Source: Candidatus Limnocylindrales bacterium
GTDB taxonomy: Bacteria > Chloroflexota > Limnocylindria > Limnocylindrales > CSP1-4
DNA: 64,000 nucleotides
NCBI GenBank assembly: GCA_044449785.1
Contig: JBIOII010000001.1
Span: 11,231-75,230 of the forward strand
Reading direction: 5' to 3'
The position numbers were made by a program, and so were the translations under genes. Below, piece by piece: positions 19,247 through 29,047 of this stretch. The notes beneath the pieces were generated by a model. It saw nothing but the letters and a program-made list of their open reading frames with translations, did no database searches and was not told the origin of the DNA. Numbering within the stretch: the stretch's first letter is position 1; each line of letters begins with the position of its first letter.

Positions 19247-20655
19247 GCAACCGGGACGGCTTCGAGATCGACGAAGAGGCTGTTGCCCGCGCGATCAAGA
19301 GGCGGATGAGCGGCCTCGACCCGTACCTTCCGAGTCCGCCACCTTACGAGACGGTGGACCCGAAGGCACGGCTTGCGGGCGCCGCCGGCTCCGGCCCGAG
19401 GGTGTCTTCGCGCCTTCGGCCGAACTTCGGCGCTTCTGTGGCGCTGGTCGGGATCGGGCTCGTCGTGGCCTTGGTGATGGCTTCCGGAGCCTTCCGAACG
19501 ACGCCGACGGTCGGGCCGTCCAGGAGCGTCCCGCCTGCCCCATCCCGGACGTTGGCGCCGTCATCGGTCAGCTCGGAAGTCGCTCAGGTTACGCCGACGC
19601 CGCCTCTGGCGACCGCCTCGCTGCCGCCGGGCGTCATCTTCAGCGGGCCGGTTCAGAACGTGGAATGGTCGCCGGGTGGAACCAGGATCGCGATCACCGA
19701 AGGCGCCAGCGGCAGCTCAATCGACGTCAAGATCCTGACCGTCGGCGGCCGGACGATCGATACGATAAGCGCCTGGTCGCTGGGCTGGCTGGACGACGAT
19801 TCGTACGTCGCAGTCGGGGAGTCGGGGGCCTTCGTCGGGTACGTGGGCAGTTCGGAACGCGAGGCGATCCCGGGCGACTACGTGGTTTTCATCCCCGCCA
19901 GCACGGCAGGCGCCGTCGCCCTGGAGCTCAACGTGACCGGCAGCAACCAGTACGTGATCTGGAGCGCGGCGGCCGGCCTCAGCGCCCCCAGAGATGGAGT
20001 GCCGGTAGCGTTCTCGCCAGATGGAACGCTGCTTGCGGTGGTCCACTATCCCCGCGATTGCTGCGCCGGGCTGCCCTCTCCGGAGCCGACGAACCCTCCG
20101 GGCCCCACGACACTGGATATCGTCCGCACGGACTCCGGCAAGTCCGTCCACACCACTGGAGACGTCGTCATGGCCTACGGACTGCCGGTCTCGTTCAGCC
20201 CCGACAGCCGGTTGGTCGCCTTCCGCCGGGACCCCGCGAACGGCCCCGAGGACCTGGGCATCCTCGACATAGCCACCGGCAAGGTCTGGGCGGTGGAGTC
20301 CGGCGGACTCGATATCGTGCCGCAGCACTCACTTGCGTGGCTGGACAACACTCATCTGGATCTGCGGTCGGCGGGGCCTGCCGGCGCTGCGCCGGTTGGT
20401 CTGAACGTCGTGGTCACGTATTGGCCGGCGGATGTCGCCGCCAGGAGTGCCTCCGCTCGCGGAGACCTGGCGACCGCGCGAACCGGCTCTACGCAGATAG
20501 TGATCCAGGGTGGTGGCCGGCAGGTGACGCGAGATATTCTCGGGACCTTCGACTCAGTGCAGCTCGAGTGGTCCCCGGATGGATCTGCGCTCGTGGTCGT
20601 CTGCAATACCTACGACCTCTATACGCCCGGGCAGGTGTTCCTCTTCAAGTTCTGA
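19243..20655 (+). CDS. putative membrane-anchored anti-sigma factor with an extracytoplasmic PD40/TolB-like beta-propeller domain
   Basis: Translationally coupled to the ECF sigma gene. A cytoplasmic N-terminus of about 60 aa, one TM (SVALVGIGLVVALVMASGAF), then an extracytoplasmic domain with repeated W/FSPDG motifs (EWSPGGTRIAI, FSPDGTLLAV, SFSPDSRLVAF, EWSPDGSALVV). No canonical HxxxCxxC zinc-binding anti-sigma motif, so the assignment is by context. Confidence 0.5.
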   Translation: MSNRDGFEIDEEAVARAIKRRMSGLDPYLPSPPPYETVDPKARLAGAAGSGPRVSSRLRPNFGASVALVGIGLVVALVMASGAFRTTPTVGPSRSVPPAPSRTLAPSSVSSEVAQVTPTPPLATASLPPGVIFSGPVQNVEWSPGGTRIAITEGASGSSIDVKILTVGGRTIDTISAWSLGWLDDDSYVAVGESGAFVGYVGSSEREAIPGDYVVFIPASTAGAVALELNVTGSNQYVIWSAAAGLSAPRDGVPVAFSPDGTLLAVVHYPRDCCAGLPSPEPTNPPGPTTLDIVRTDSGKSVHTTGDVVMAYGLPVSFSPDSRLVAFRRDPANGPEDLGILDIATGKVWAVESGGLDIVPQHSLAWLDNTHLDLRSAGPAGAAPVGLNVVVTYWPADVAARSASARGDLATARTGSTQIVIQGGGRQVTRDILGTFDSVQLEWSPDGSALVVVCNTYDLYTPGQVFLFKF

Positions 20656-20828
20656 CTGTCCGGACGCCGCAGGTCGTGTGATGCCGCAGGTCGGATCGGT
20701 TGTGCTATCCTTCGCCGTCGGTCGCGCTGGCGGCCTATTCCATTTGCCTTCACCGCGGCCGGGCTGCGGGCCACATAAGCTATGAGCGCAGCGCAGCCGC
20801 GCCGCTTGACGAAGAGTAGGGACCGATC

Positions 20829-21179
20829 GTGAACGTGCTCGAAGAGATCACCCAGGAACAGATCCGGACGGACATCCCCGAGCTCGCGCCGGGCGACACG
20901 GTCAAGGTTTCGGCCCGAGTGATCGAAGGCACCCGCGAGCGCGTCCAGGTCTTCGAAGGCACGGTCATGCGCTTGCGCGCCGGCGGCATCCAGAAGTCCA
21001 TCACGGTCCGTCGCATCGCCAGCGGCGTCGGCGTGGAGCGCACCTTCAAGGTGAACAGCCCCCGCATCGAGAAGATCGAAGTCGTCCGCCACGGCCAGGC
21101 CCGCCGCGCGCAGCTGTACTTCCTGCGCAAGCGCATCGGCAAGGCCGCGACGCTGCGCGAGCGCCGCGTCAACAGCTAG
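20829..21179 (+). CDS. rplS: 50S ribosomal protein L19
   Basis: L19 signature across 116 aa ([23 protein letters not shown]...RRAQLYFLR). GTG start. Confidence 0.95.
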   Translation: MNVLEEITQEQIRTDIPELAPGDTVKVSARVIEGTRERVQVFEGTVMRLRAGGIQKSITVRRIASGVGVERTFKVNSPRIEKIEVVRHGQARRAQLYFLRKRIGKAATLRERRVNS

Positions 21180-21247
21180 CGAGCCGGAGCGACATGCCGG
21201 GCGCCCGTCGCTCCTCAACCTCGGTCGAGGACCCCGTCCGATCGCCC

Positions 21248-22033
21248 ATGGCGGCGCGGCGGGGTCCCACTGTTTCCGCCCCGGGTTCCAGCGGCGGGCG
21301 GCTCAGGGTCGAGGCCTGGCACAGGTCGCGGCTCGATCCCGATTTCGCCGAAGAGCGGATCCTGTGGTCACGCGGGTACCGCTACGTTGCCGGGATCGAC
21401 GAGGTCGGGCGGGGTTGCCTCGCCGGGCCCGTTGCGGCCGCTGCCGTGATCCTGCCTCCTGACTGGCAGCCGGCCGGTCTGCGGGACTCCAAGCTGCTCA
21501 AGCCCGAGGAACGGCGGCGCCTCGACGGCCAGATCAGGGCACGGGCGCTGGCCTGGTCGATCGCGTTCGTCGGGCCCGAGCTTATCGACCGCATCAACAT
21601 CCTTCAGGCCACTTTGCTGGCGAGCACGCTCGCGGCGGCACGGCTGCCGATTCGGCCGGACGCACTCCTGCTCGACGCGGTTTCGCTGCCAGAAGTGCCG
21701 CTCCACCAGCGTGTCCTGGTTTCCGCCGATCGGTTGTGCGCTTCCGTAGCGGCGGCGTCGGTGATCGCCAAAGTGGCCCGCGACGCGTTGATGCAGGAAT
21801 ACGAGCTGATGTACCCCGGCTACGACCTGGGCCGGAACAAGGGTTATGCCGCACCGGAGCATCGGGCGGGGCTCGAGGCCTACGGACTCACCCCGATCCA
21901 CCGGCTTTCGTTCGCGCCGTGCCGTGATCGCGAGCAAATGACACTGTGGCAGGATGGCGCCGCGGACGCGAGCGACGCAGCCGAGGATGCCGACGAGACG
22001 GACGACCTCGTGGCAGCGGAGCTGCCGGATTAG
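21248..22033 (+). CDS. rnhB: ribonuclease HII (start uncertain; the ORF opens at 21194)
   Basis: AGIDEVGRGCLAGPVAAAAVIL (catalytic D-E), DSKLL. rplS-rnhB synteny. The preceding N-terminus of about 45 aa is unusual, so the start could be at 21194 or 21248. Confidence 0.9.
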   Translation: MAARRGPTVSAPGSSGGRLRVEAWHRSRLDPDFAEERILWSRGYRYVAGIDEVGRGCLAGPVAAAAVILPPDWQPAGLRDSKLLKPEERRRLDGQIRARALAWSIAFVGPELIDRINILQATLLASTLAAARLPIRPDALLLDAVSLPEVPLHQRVLVSADRLCASVAAASVIAKVARDALMQEYELMYPGYDLGRNKGYAAPEHRAGLEAYGLTPIHRLSFAPCRDREQMTLWQDGAADASDAAEDADETDDLVAAELPD

Positions 22034-22050
22034 CGCCCGCCGGAGCGGGC

Positions 22051-22446
22051 TTGCGGCGGACTGAGCGACAAGTTTCGGGCGACTCGGCGGAGTCGCTGGT
22101 CGCCGATCGGCTGGCGGCCCGTGGCTGGACGATCCTCGGTCGGAACGTACGCCTCGGTCGGAGTGAGCTCGACATTCTCGCGGCAGACCCGGGCCCGCCG
22201 GCGCGGCTCGTCATCGTGGAAGTCCGGTGGCGCCGCTCCCGGGCGTTCGGCGGACCCGAGGAAACATTCGATCACAGGAAGCGCACTCAACTCCGAATTG
22301 GCCTCGCGCGCCTCCTCGAAGGCGGCCTGCTGCCCGACGGTTCGCCGCTGCCGAGGCTGCCGGTCGCGGTCGATTTCGCGGTGGTCGAGCCAGATCCCGC
22401 CGGAAACCCGATCGCTCGGTTGTACAGGAACGCACTGGAGGGTTGA
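22051..22446 (+). CDS. yraN: YraN family endonuclease (UPF0102)
   Basis: GESLVADRLAARGWTILGRNVRLGRSELDILAADP...LVIVEVRWRRS matches UPF0102, a PD-(D/E)xK-like fold. TTG at 22051 just after the rnhB stop; the ORF track opens at 21946 inside rnhB. Typical rnhB-yraN pairing. Confidence 0.8.
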   Translation: MRRTERQVSGDSAESLVADRLAARGWTILGRNVRLGRSELDILAADPGPPARLVIVEVRWRRSRAFGGPEETFDHRKRTQLRIGLARLLEGGLLPDGSPLPRLPVAVDFAVVEPDPAGNPIARLYRNALEG

Positions 22447-22487
22447 CGCAGGCCAGATCTAGGCCACCCCGCGGGCCGAAGCCGGCG

Positions 22488-24179
22488 CTACCAGTCGATG
22501 AGCTGCCGCGACGCGGCGTGAATGGCGACAATGACGGCACGCCCGTCGCCGGCGGGGCTCATCAGGGCGACCTGGGCGCCGTCGATCATCACGGTCGGAT
22601 CCATGGCTACCTGGACGAGCCGCCTGCCTGAGAAGGTGAGGGTCAGGATGACGCCCTCCTGGGCCTGGACGTCGTGATTGAGGTCGAACAGCAGATCGCC
22701 CATCGAGTAATCGACGAACGCCGGGCCATCCGGTCCGTCGACCGACTGGATTGCTCCCACCCAGTGGGAGTGGCTGCCGAGCACCAGGTCCGCGCCCGCG
22801 GCGATGAACGCGGCCGCTTCGTTCTTCTGGTCGCTGCTGAGCGCGTAGCTATATTCCTGTCCCCAGTGGGGCATCACGATCACGATGTCGGCGCCAGCTG
22901 TGCGCGCGGCTTTGATGTCGGCCGTGATCGACGCCGGGTCCAGCGGCGCGGCTCCCGGGTGATCCCCGGCGGCCCAGTTGTCCGAACCGACGGCCGAGTA
23001 GGCCAGCACGGCGACGCGCAGGCCGGCGGCGTTGAGCCAGGCCGGCCGGCGAGCCGCCGTCGTGTCCGCCCCGGCGCCTGCGTGGGCAATGCCGATCGCA
23101 TCGAGGTTCTTGCAAGTGTCGAGCACGCCCTGGTCGCCGCCGTTGCGGATGTGATTGTTCGCCAGCGAGACGGCGTCGATCCCGGCATCTCGCAGGCCGG
23201 CCAGCAGGGCCGGGTCAAACGTGAACACCAGACTGTTGGCGCGGTAGGCAAAGTCGTCCGGGGCGGATCCCTCGAGGTTTACGAGGGCGATATCCGCCTG
23301 CTCGAACTTGGCGCGGAGCGCTCCTGCCCCGCCCGTGTCGCGAGCGACCGCCAGTGACGCCCCCTGCCAGCCGCAGCACTCGTAGTGGGCGACCTCGGCG
23401 TACCCGCCGGACCACGGGAAATCTGGCCCGTAGCCAAGAGAAACCGCCTTGACGTAAACGGCCCGGTCCAGATTCACGTCGCCGCCGGCGGCAAGCGTCC
23501 ACTCGCTGGCCGTCGAGAAGGCCGGTGGGGCAGTCGACGCCACCATCAGAGGCCAGCGCGCGACGTCTCGGAGCCTGTCCGAGCCGAATAGCGCGACGCC
23601 GTCCACGGACAGGGCCCGGACGTCCGGCGTCACGTCGTCGACTGCCAGCAACCCGAGCGTCGAAGGCGATGCTCGGACGGCGGCTTTCACCTGTGCCGCC
23701 GAGAGCACCCGGATGCCGGCGGCCGGTGGAATACGGAAGGCCTTGGCGAGCGGGTCGGCGACGCCGTCCGCCACGACAATCGAACTGAACTCCGTGTCGG
23801 AAACCGCGTCGGCCAGTCCGGCCCACAGCCTCGCGACCTCCACGAGGCGGATGCTGAACGGCGCCGACCAGAACGAGACGACCGGCACGATCGGCTCGAG
23901 CGAAGCCGTGACAGGAGTGGCCGTCTGCGAGGGAGCGGGGTTGGCGGCCGGCGATTGCGCGACCGCGGGGGCGGCCGAGAGGCTGGGCGTGGCTGCCGCC
24001 ACCTCGATGTTCGACGGCGGGGCGCCGTGGACGCGCGATATGAGAACACCCGATGAGATCACGGCAATTACTGCGACGACGCCGCCGGCAAGCAGGAGCG
24101 CGCCGCCGACGGCGGTTCTCGAGGTGCCGCCCGACGCGCCGTCTGCTTTCCTGGGTCCTGTGAGCGCCGGGACCTTCAT
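22488..24179 (-). CDS. CapA/PGA_cap family metallophosphatase (poly-gamma-glutamate capsule biosynthesis-like) with an N-terminal membrane anchor and an Ala/Pro-rich N-domain
   Basis: N-terminal TM (LLLAGGVVAVIAVISSGVLI). C-terminal domain of about 350 aa with WTLAAGGDVNLDR, ADIALVNLE, LANNHIRNGG, VMPHWGQEY and GSHSHW, characteristic of CapA metallophosphoesterases. It is transcribed divergently from rpsB. Confidence 0.75.
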   Translation of the reverse strand: MKVPALTGPRKADGASGGTSRTAVGGALLLAGGVVAVIAVISSGVLISRVHGAPPSNIEVAAATPSLSAAPAVAQSPAANPAPSQTATPVTASLEPIVPVVSFWSAPFSIRLVEVARLWAGLADAVSDTEFSSIVVADGVADPLAKAFRIPPAAGIRVLSAAQVKAAVRASPSTLGLLAVDDVTPDVRALSVDGVALFGSDRLRDVARWPLMVASTAPPAFSTASEWTLAAGGDVNLDRAVYVKAVSLGYGPDFPWSGGYAEVAHYECCGWQGASLAVARDTGGAGALRAKFEQADIALVNLEGSAPDDFAYRANSLVFTFDPALLAGLRDAGIDAVSLANNHIRNGGDQGVLDTCKNLDAIGIAHAGAGADTTAARRPAWLNAAGLRVAVLAYSAVGSDNWAAGDHPGAAPLDPASITADIKAARTAGADIVIVMPHWGQEYSYALSSDQKNEAAAFIAAGADLVLGSHSHWVGAIQSVDGPDGPAFVDYSMGDLLFDLNHDVQAQEGVILTLTFSGRRLVQVAMDPTVMIDGAQVALMSPAGDGRAVIVAIHAASRQLIDW

Positions 24180-24465
24180 CGCAGGAGCGTACGCCCGCGC
24201 ACGGCGCCCCGTGATGCGATGCCGGCCCGCCCCACGGCGTCTCCAGGACGGTCGGGACCCCAGCGTCCCGGGGAGGTCGTGGGGCCTGTGCTACACTCCG
24301 CGCCGGTCGTCGCGTTTGCGAGGGCCCCCTGGCCTCACCGTCTTACGGCGGCGGCTCGGAGATCACACGCAGTGCCGCCGTGTCGAGAGCGGTGCCGGAC
24401 GAGCCGACGGGCTCCCGGTTCTCGCCAGGAGCGCTGCGGAGGAAACAACCGCAGGAGGTTCGTTC

Positions 24466-25365
24466 ATGTCGTCCGTTACGATGCGACAGCTCTTGGAGGC
24501 CGGCATCCACTTCGGCCACCAGACCCGTCGCTGGAATCCCAAGATGCGCCCGTTCATCTTCGCGGAGCGCAACGGGATCCACATCATCGACCTTGCCCAG
24601 ACGAAACAGCGTCTGGAAGTGGCGCTCGACGCCGCCCGCGACACGGTCGCGCGAGGCGACGGCGTGCTCTTCATCGGCACCAAGAAGCAGGCCCAGGAGC
24701 CGATCTCCCAGGAAGCCACGCGCGCCGGCCAGCCGTATGTCAATCGACGCTGGCTCGGCGGCATGCTCACCAACTTCGTGACCATTAAGAAGCGCATCGC
24801 CCTCCTCGACCAGCTCGAGGCCCGTCAGGCCAGCGGCGATTTCGACCGCCTGACGAAGAAGGAGACTGCGAAGCTCGTCGAGGAGATGGAGCATCTGCGC
24901 GACGCCTTCGGCGGCATCCGCAAGATGAAGCGCCTGCCCGGAATGGTCTTCATCGTGGACCCGCATCGCGAACGAATCGCGGTGACGGAGGCGCGCAAGC
25001 TCGAGCTCCCGATCATCGGCACCGGCGACACCAACGTGGACCCGGACGAGCTCGACTACATCATCCCGGCCAATGACGACGCAATCCGGGCCATCCGGCT
25101 GCTTTGCCAGCTCGTGGCCGACGCCTGCGTCGAAGGTCAGCGCGAGCGCGGCGCCCGGTCGGGTGTCGAAGCGGAAGCACCCGAGCCGGCGATCGAGGTC
25201 GAGATCGAGGAGCGTGCATCCGAGGAGCTAGTCGCCGCCCTGGCCGGTGGCGCGGCCCTCACTTTCGAGCCCGATGTCGACGAAGAGGAAGTCCTGCTGC
25301 CCGGCGTGCGGATCCCGTCTCATCCGCGCGACGCCGAGGCGGAAGAAGCTCCCCGGGCACGCTGA
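24466..25365 (+). CDS. rpsB: 30S ribosomal protein S2
   Basis: MRQLLEAGIHFGHQTRRWNPKM signature with RBS AGGAGG 8 nt upstream. The ORF track opens at 23713 because there is no upstream stop; ATG is at 24466. Confidence 0.95.
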   Translation: MSSVTMRQLLEAGIHFGHQTRRWNPKMRPFIFAERNGIHIIDLAQTKQRLEVALDAARDTVARGDGVLFIGTKKQAQEPISQEATRAGQPYVNRRWLGGMLTNFVTIKKRIALLDQLEARQASGDFDRLTKKETAKLVEEMEHLRDAFGGIRKMKRLPGMVFIVDPHRERIAVTEARKLELPIIGTGDTNVDPDELDYIIPANDDAIRAIRLLCQLVADACVEGQRERGARSGVEAEAPEPAIEVEIEERASEELVAALAGGAALTFEPDVDEEEVLLPGVRIPSHPRDAEAEEAPRAR

Positions 25366-25448
25366 GCCAGCACCAACTCGCCGGACCGGGGCGCGCCGAA
25401 GAGCGTTGAGGCCCGGGCCGGGCCGACGACAGGAGATACGGAACAACT

Positions 25449-26042
25449 ATGGCGACGATCAGTGCGGAGACAGTCAAGATCCTCCGGGAGCAGAGCGGCG
25501 CGGGCGTCATGGAGTGCAAGCGCGCGCTCGAAGAAACCGGCGGCGACGTCGAGAAGGCTGCCGTCCTGCTTCGTGAGAGGGGCCAGGTGGCTGCGGCCAA
25601 GAGGGCCGGCCGAGAGGCCAACGAGGGCCAGATAGCCAGCTACATCCATACTGGCGGCAAGATCGGCGTTCTGATCGAGGTCAATTGCGAAACTGACTTC
25701 GTGGCGCGCACCGACGAGTTCCAGAAGCTAGTCCGCGACCTGGCCATTCAAGTGGCCGGACTCCGGCCCCTGTACACGACGGTCGAGGCGATCCCGACCG
25801 AAGACCTCGAGGCCAAGCGGGCCGCGCTGATGTCCGATGAGACCATTCTCAAGAAGCCGGAAGCCGTCCGCGCGCAGATCGTCGAAGGCCAGCTCAAGAA
25901 GTGGTTTGCCGAGGTCGTGCTCGTAGAGCAGCCTTTCCGCGATCAGGACCGCACGGTGGGCGAATTGGTCACTGAAGCCATCGCCAAGACAGGCGAGAAT
26001 ATCCGTGTCCGGCGCTTCGTCCGGTTCGAGCTGGGTGAGTAG
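25449..26042 (+). CDS. tsf: elongation factor Ts
   Basis: VKILREQSGAGVMECKRALEETGGDVEKAAVLLRERG UBA-like N-terminus. rpsB-tsf synteny. Confidence 0.95.
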   Translation: MATISAETVKILREQSGAGVMECKRALEETGGDVEKAAVLLRERGQVAAAKRAGREANEGQIASYIHTGGKIGVLIEVNCETDFVARTDEFQKLVRDLAIQVAGLRPLYTTVEAIPTEDLEAKRAALMSDETILKKPEAVRAQIVEGQLKKWFAEVVLVEQPFRDQDRTVGELVTEAIAKTGENIRVRRFVRFELGE

Positions 26043-26840
26043 ATGAGCGAGGCCACTGCGGCCAGAGGCGAGGCCGGCGGTTCGGTCCAAACCGAGCCGG
26101 CGGCCGATGTTGCGAAGCGACCCCGCTACCGCCGCATCCTGCTCAAACTTTCCGGGGAGGCGCTTCTCGGTAAGCGGCAGTACGGCGTCGATCCGGACTT
26201 CTGCGCATTCATCGCCGCCCAGGTCGCGGAGGTCCATCGCTCTGGCGTCGAGATCGGCATCGTGGTCGGTGGCGGGAACATTTTCCGGGGTCTCGCGGCG
26301 GCCGCACGCGGCATGGACCGGGCCACTGGCGACTACATGGGCATGCTGGCGACCGTAATGAACGGCCTGGCCCTGCAAGACGCAATCGAGAAGGCGGGCG
26401 TGGCGACCCGCGTCATGAGCGCCATCGCGATGAACGAGATCGCGGAACCCTACATCCGGCGGCGGGCGGTCCGCCACCTCGAAAAGGGTCGGGTCATTAT
26501 CCTCGCGGCCGGAACTGGCAACCCTTACTTCACGACGGATACGGCAGCCGCGCTGCGGGCAGTGGAGATCGGGGCCGAGATCATCCTCAAGGCGACCAGG
26601 GTGGACGGTGTCTACGACTCCGATCCGCTCTCTAATCCGGACGCCAAACGCTACGAGCGGCTCACGTACTCACAGGTCCTGGCGCAGAGGCTGCGCGTTC
26701 TCGACGCCACGGCCGTGTCGCTGTGCATGGAGAATGACACTCCTATCGTCGTCTTCGATCTGAACACGCCCGAGAACATCACCCGCGTCGCAGCCGGCGA
26801 GCCGGTCGGCACCTTGATAACGGGAGGCAGCCCCGCATGA
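26043..26840 (+). CDS. pyrH: UMP kinase
   Basis: [21 protein letters not shown] and a [17 protein letters not shown]-type amino-acid-kinase motif. Confidence 0.95.
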   Translation: MSEATAARGEAGGSVQTEPAADVAKRPRYRRILLKLSGEALLGKRQYGVDPDFCAFIAAQVAEVHRSGVEIGIVVGGGNIFRGLAAAARGMDRATGDYMGMLATVMNGLALQDAIEKAGVATRVMSAIAMNEIAEPYIRRRAVRHLEKGRVIILAAGTGNPYFTTDTAAALRAVEIGAEIILKATRVDGVYDSDPLSNPDAKRYERLTYSQVLAQRLRVLDATAVSLCMENDTPIVVFDLNTPENITRVAAGEPVGTLITGGSPA

Positions 26841-27394
26841 GCAGCGAGATGTTGTCCGCCACCGAGCACAAGATGGCCCGGGCGGTGGAAGTTCTCGAAC
26901 GCGACCTGCAAGGCGTTCGCACCGGTCGTGCCTCGACTTCGCTGGTCGAGCGGGTCATGGTCGAGTACTACGGGACGCCCACGGCACTCAACCAGCTCGC
27001 CGGAATCAATGTCCCCGAGGCCCATCAGATCGTCATCCAGCCGTGGGACCGCGGAGTGCTGAGTGCCATCGAGAAGGCGATCATCAAGAGCGACATCGGT
27101 CTCGTGCCCAACGTCGATGGGGCCGTGGTCCGCCTGAACATCCCGCCGCTTACCGAGGAGCGCCGCAAGGACCTCGTGAAGGGCGTCCACAAGCGCATGG
27201 AGGAAGCGCGCGTCGAGATCCGGAACCTGCGCCGCGAGGCAGCCGACGGGCTCAAGAAGGAGGAGCACGACGGCACGCTCGGCGCCGATGAAGCCCGCCG
27301 CGAGCTCGAGCACCTCCAGCGCATCACCGACAAACACGTCGCCGACGTAGATCACATCGGCGCCGCGAAAGAGCAGGAGATCCTGGAGGTCTAG
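26837..27394 (+). CDS. frr: ribosome recycling factor
   Basis: 185 aa. [20 protein letters not shown]...[20 protein letters not shown] overlap with pyrH. Confidence 0.95.
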   Translation: MSSEMLSATEHKMARAVEVLERDLQGVRTGRASTSLVERVMVEYYGTPTALNQLAGINVPEAHQIVIQPWDRGVLSAIEKAIIKSDIGLVPNVDGAVVRLNIPPLTEERRKDLVKGVHKRMEEARVEIRNLRREAADGLKKEEHDGTLGADEARRELEHLQRITDKHVADVDHIGAAKEQEILEV

Positions 27395-28212
27395 TGGCCG
27401 GCCGGATTTCCCGCCCAACCGACGCCCCGGCGCTAGTTCACCGGGAGTCGCAGGCGGTGGCCGATCAGCGGGTCGCAGGCCCCACGGCTCCGGACGCTGC
27501 TCCGACCGAGGCATTCGCAGTGCTCAATGAAGAGTTGCCGCGCCACGTGGCGATCATCATGGACGGCAACCGGCGCTGGGCAAAGGCGCGCGGGCGGCCC
27601 GAGATGGACGGCCACACCGCGGGCGTCGAGGCGATCCGCGAGATCATCCGGCACTCGGTCCGGCGAGGCATCGAGGTCCTGTCGCTCTACGCGTTCAGCC
27701 GCGAGAACTGGGCACGCTCCGACGAGGAGGTGAGCGGCCTGTTCATGCTCCTCGAACAAGTGATCCGCAATGAGACGGCCGAGCTGCGAGAGCAGGGCGC
27801 GCGCGTCAGGCTTCTGGGTCGGATCGACGAGCTGCCCCCGGCCACGCGAGCGTCGATCGAGCGGGCGCTGGAGGCCACGGCCCGTGGCACCCGGCTTCAG
27901 CTCAACATCGCGTTCAACTACTCGGGCCGGACCGAGCTGGTCGATGCCGCGCGCAGCCTCGCGGCGCGCGGTCTCCGGCCGGAGGAAATCGACGAAGACG
28001 TCCTGGCCGGCGCCCTGTACACCGCCGGGATGCCGGACCCGGATGTGGTGATCCGGACCGGGGGCGATGAACGGCTGTCGAACTTCCTGATCTGGCAGGC
28101 GGCTTACGCCGAGTTCTACTTCAGCCCGATCCTGTGGCCGGATTTCGGCCCGGCTGCGTTCGACGCCGCTCTCGTCGAGTACGCGAGCCGGCAGCGCCGG
28201 TTCGGCCGGTAG
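27394..28212 (+). CDS. uppS: isoprenyl transferase (undecaprenyl diphosphate synthase) with an N-terminal extension of about 45 aa
   Basis: PRHVAIIMDGNRRWA, FSRENWARS and VIRTGGDERLSNFLIWQAAYAEFYF. GTG overlaps the frr TAG (TAGTG). Confidence 0.9.
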   Translation: MAGRISRPTDAPALVHRESQAVADQRVAGPTAPDAAPTEAFAVLNEELPRHVAIIMDGNRRWAKARGRPEMDGHTAGVEAIREIIRHSVRRGIEVLSLYAFSRENWARSDEEVSGLFMLLEQVIRNETAELREQGARVRLLGRIDELPPATRASIERALEATARGTRLQLNIAFNYSGRTELVDAARSLAARGLRPEEIDEDVLAGALYTAGMPDPDVVIRTGGDERLSNFLIWQAAYAEFYFSPILWPDFGPAAFDAALVEYASRQRRFGR

Positions 28213-28218
28213 GATCGG

Positions 28219-29046
28219 GTGCGCACGCGGGCGCTCAGCGCCGCGATCTTCGTTCCGCCGTTCCTGATCGTTCTCGCTCTTGGCGAGCCATGGTTCGCAA
28301 CGCTAATCGCCGTCTTCGTCGCCGTGGCCGCATGGGAGGCGGTGAGGCTGTTGCGAGGCGCGGGTTACGCCGCCGTCCCCGCCCTGGCAGTGGTCGGCGC
28401 CGTGGCCGTGGCCGCCGACGTCGCCTCGATCGAGCAATTGCGACCTTACGCGGACCTGGCGGTGGCAGCGGTGCTGGTGGCGGCGGCTTTCGGCGTCTTC
28501 TTCCAGCCCGACGTGAAGGTCGGGTTCGCCGCCTGGATGGCGACCGCCTTCGCAGCCGTGTACGTGGGGATGCTCGGCGCCCTCGTAAGACTCGGCGAGG
28601 TTGCCCCGCCGCTGGCGCGAACGGCGCCGCTCGCCCAGTTGGGAGCCCAGCGAGGCTGGATCATCCTGGTGGTGCTGCTCGTCTGGTCATTCGACACCGG
28701 CGCATATTGCGTCGGCATCGCCCTCGGCAAGCGGAAGTTCCTTTCTCACATTTCGCCGTCGAAGAGCTACTGGGGGCTGGTCGGCGGCCTCGCGGCCTCG
28801 ACCGCAGTGGCGGTCGCGGGCCTCTGGTCGCTCGGCCAGCCGGCCGTCCTGGGGTTGGCTCTCGGTCCGGTTATTGGACTGGTTGCGCAGGCGGGCGATC
28901 TGGCCGAATCGATGTTGAAGCGCGCGGCGGGCGCAAAGGACTCCGGCCGGCTCATCCCCGGGCACGGGGGCATACTTGACCGCGTGGACTCGTTCATCTT
29001 CGCGGCACCCGTCGCTGCGCTGTTCGTGACGGCACTGGTCCGGTGA
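28219..29046 (+). CDS. cdsA: phosphatidate cytidylyltransferase
   Basis: Polytopic membrane protein with the C-terminal CTP-transferase signature SPSKSYWGLVGG...GHGGILDRVDSFIF. Confidence 0.9.
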   Translation: MRTRALSAAIFVPPFLIVLALGEPWFATLIAVFVAVAAWEAVRLLRGAGYAAVPALAVVGAVAVAADVASIEQLRPYADLAVAAVLVAAAFGVFFQPDVKVGFAAWMATAFAAVYVGMLGALVRLGEVAPPLARTAPLAQLGAQRGWIILVVLLVWSFDTGAYCVGIALGKRKFLSHISPSKSYWGLVGGLAASTAVAVAGLWSLGQPAVLGLALGPVIGLVAQAGDLAESMLKRAAGAKDSGRLIPGHGGILDRVDSFIFAAPVAALFVTALVR

Positions 29047-29047
29047 G

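Noticed and set aside
20806-20828. TTGACG upstream of rplS as a promoter -35.
   Set aside because: It is only 17 nt before the GTG start, so any -10 and transcription start site would fall inside the coding region. It is not a plausible promoter for rplS.
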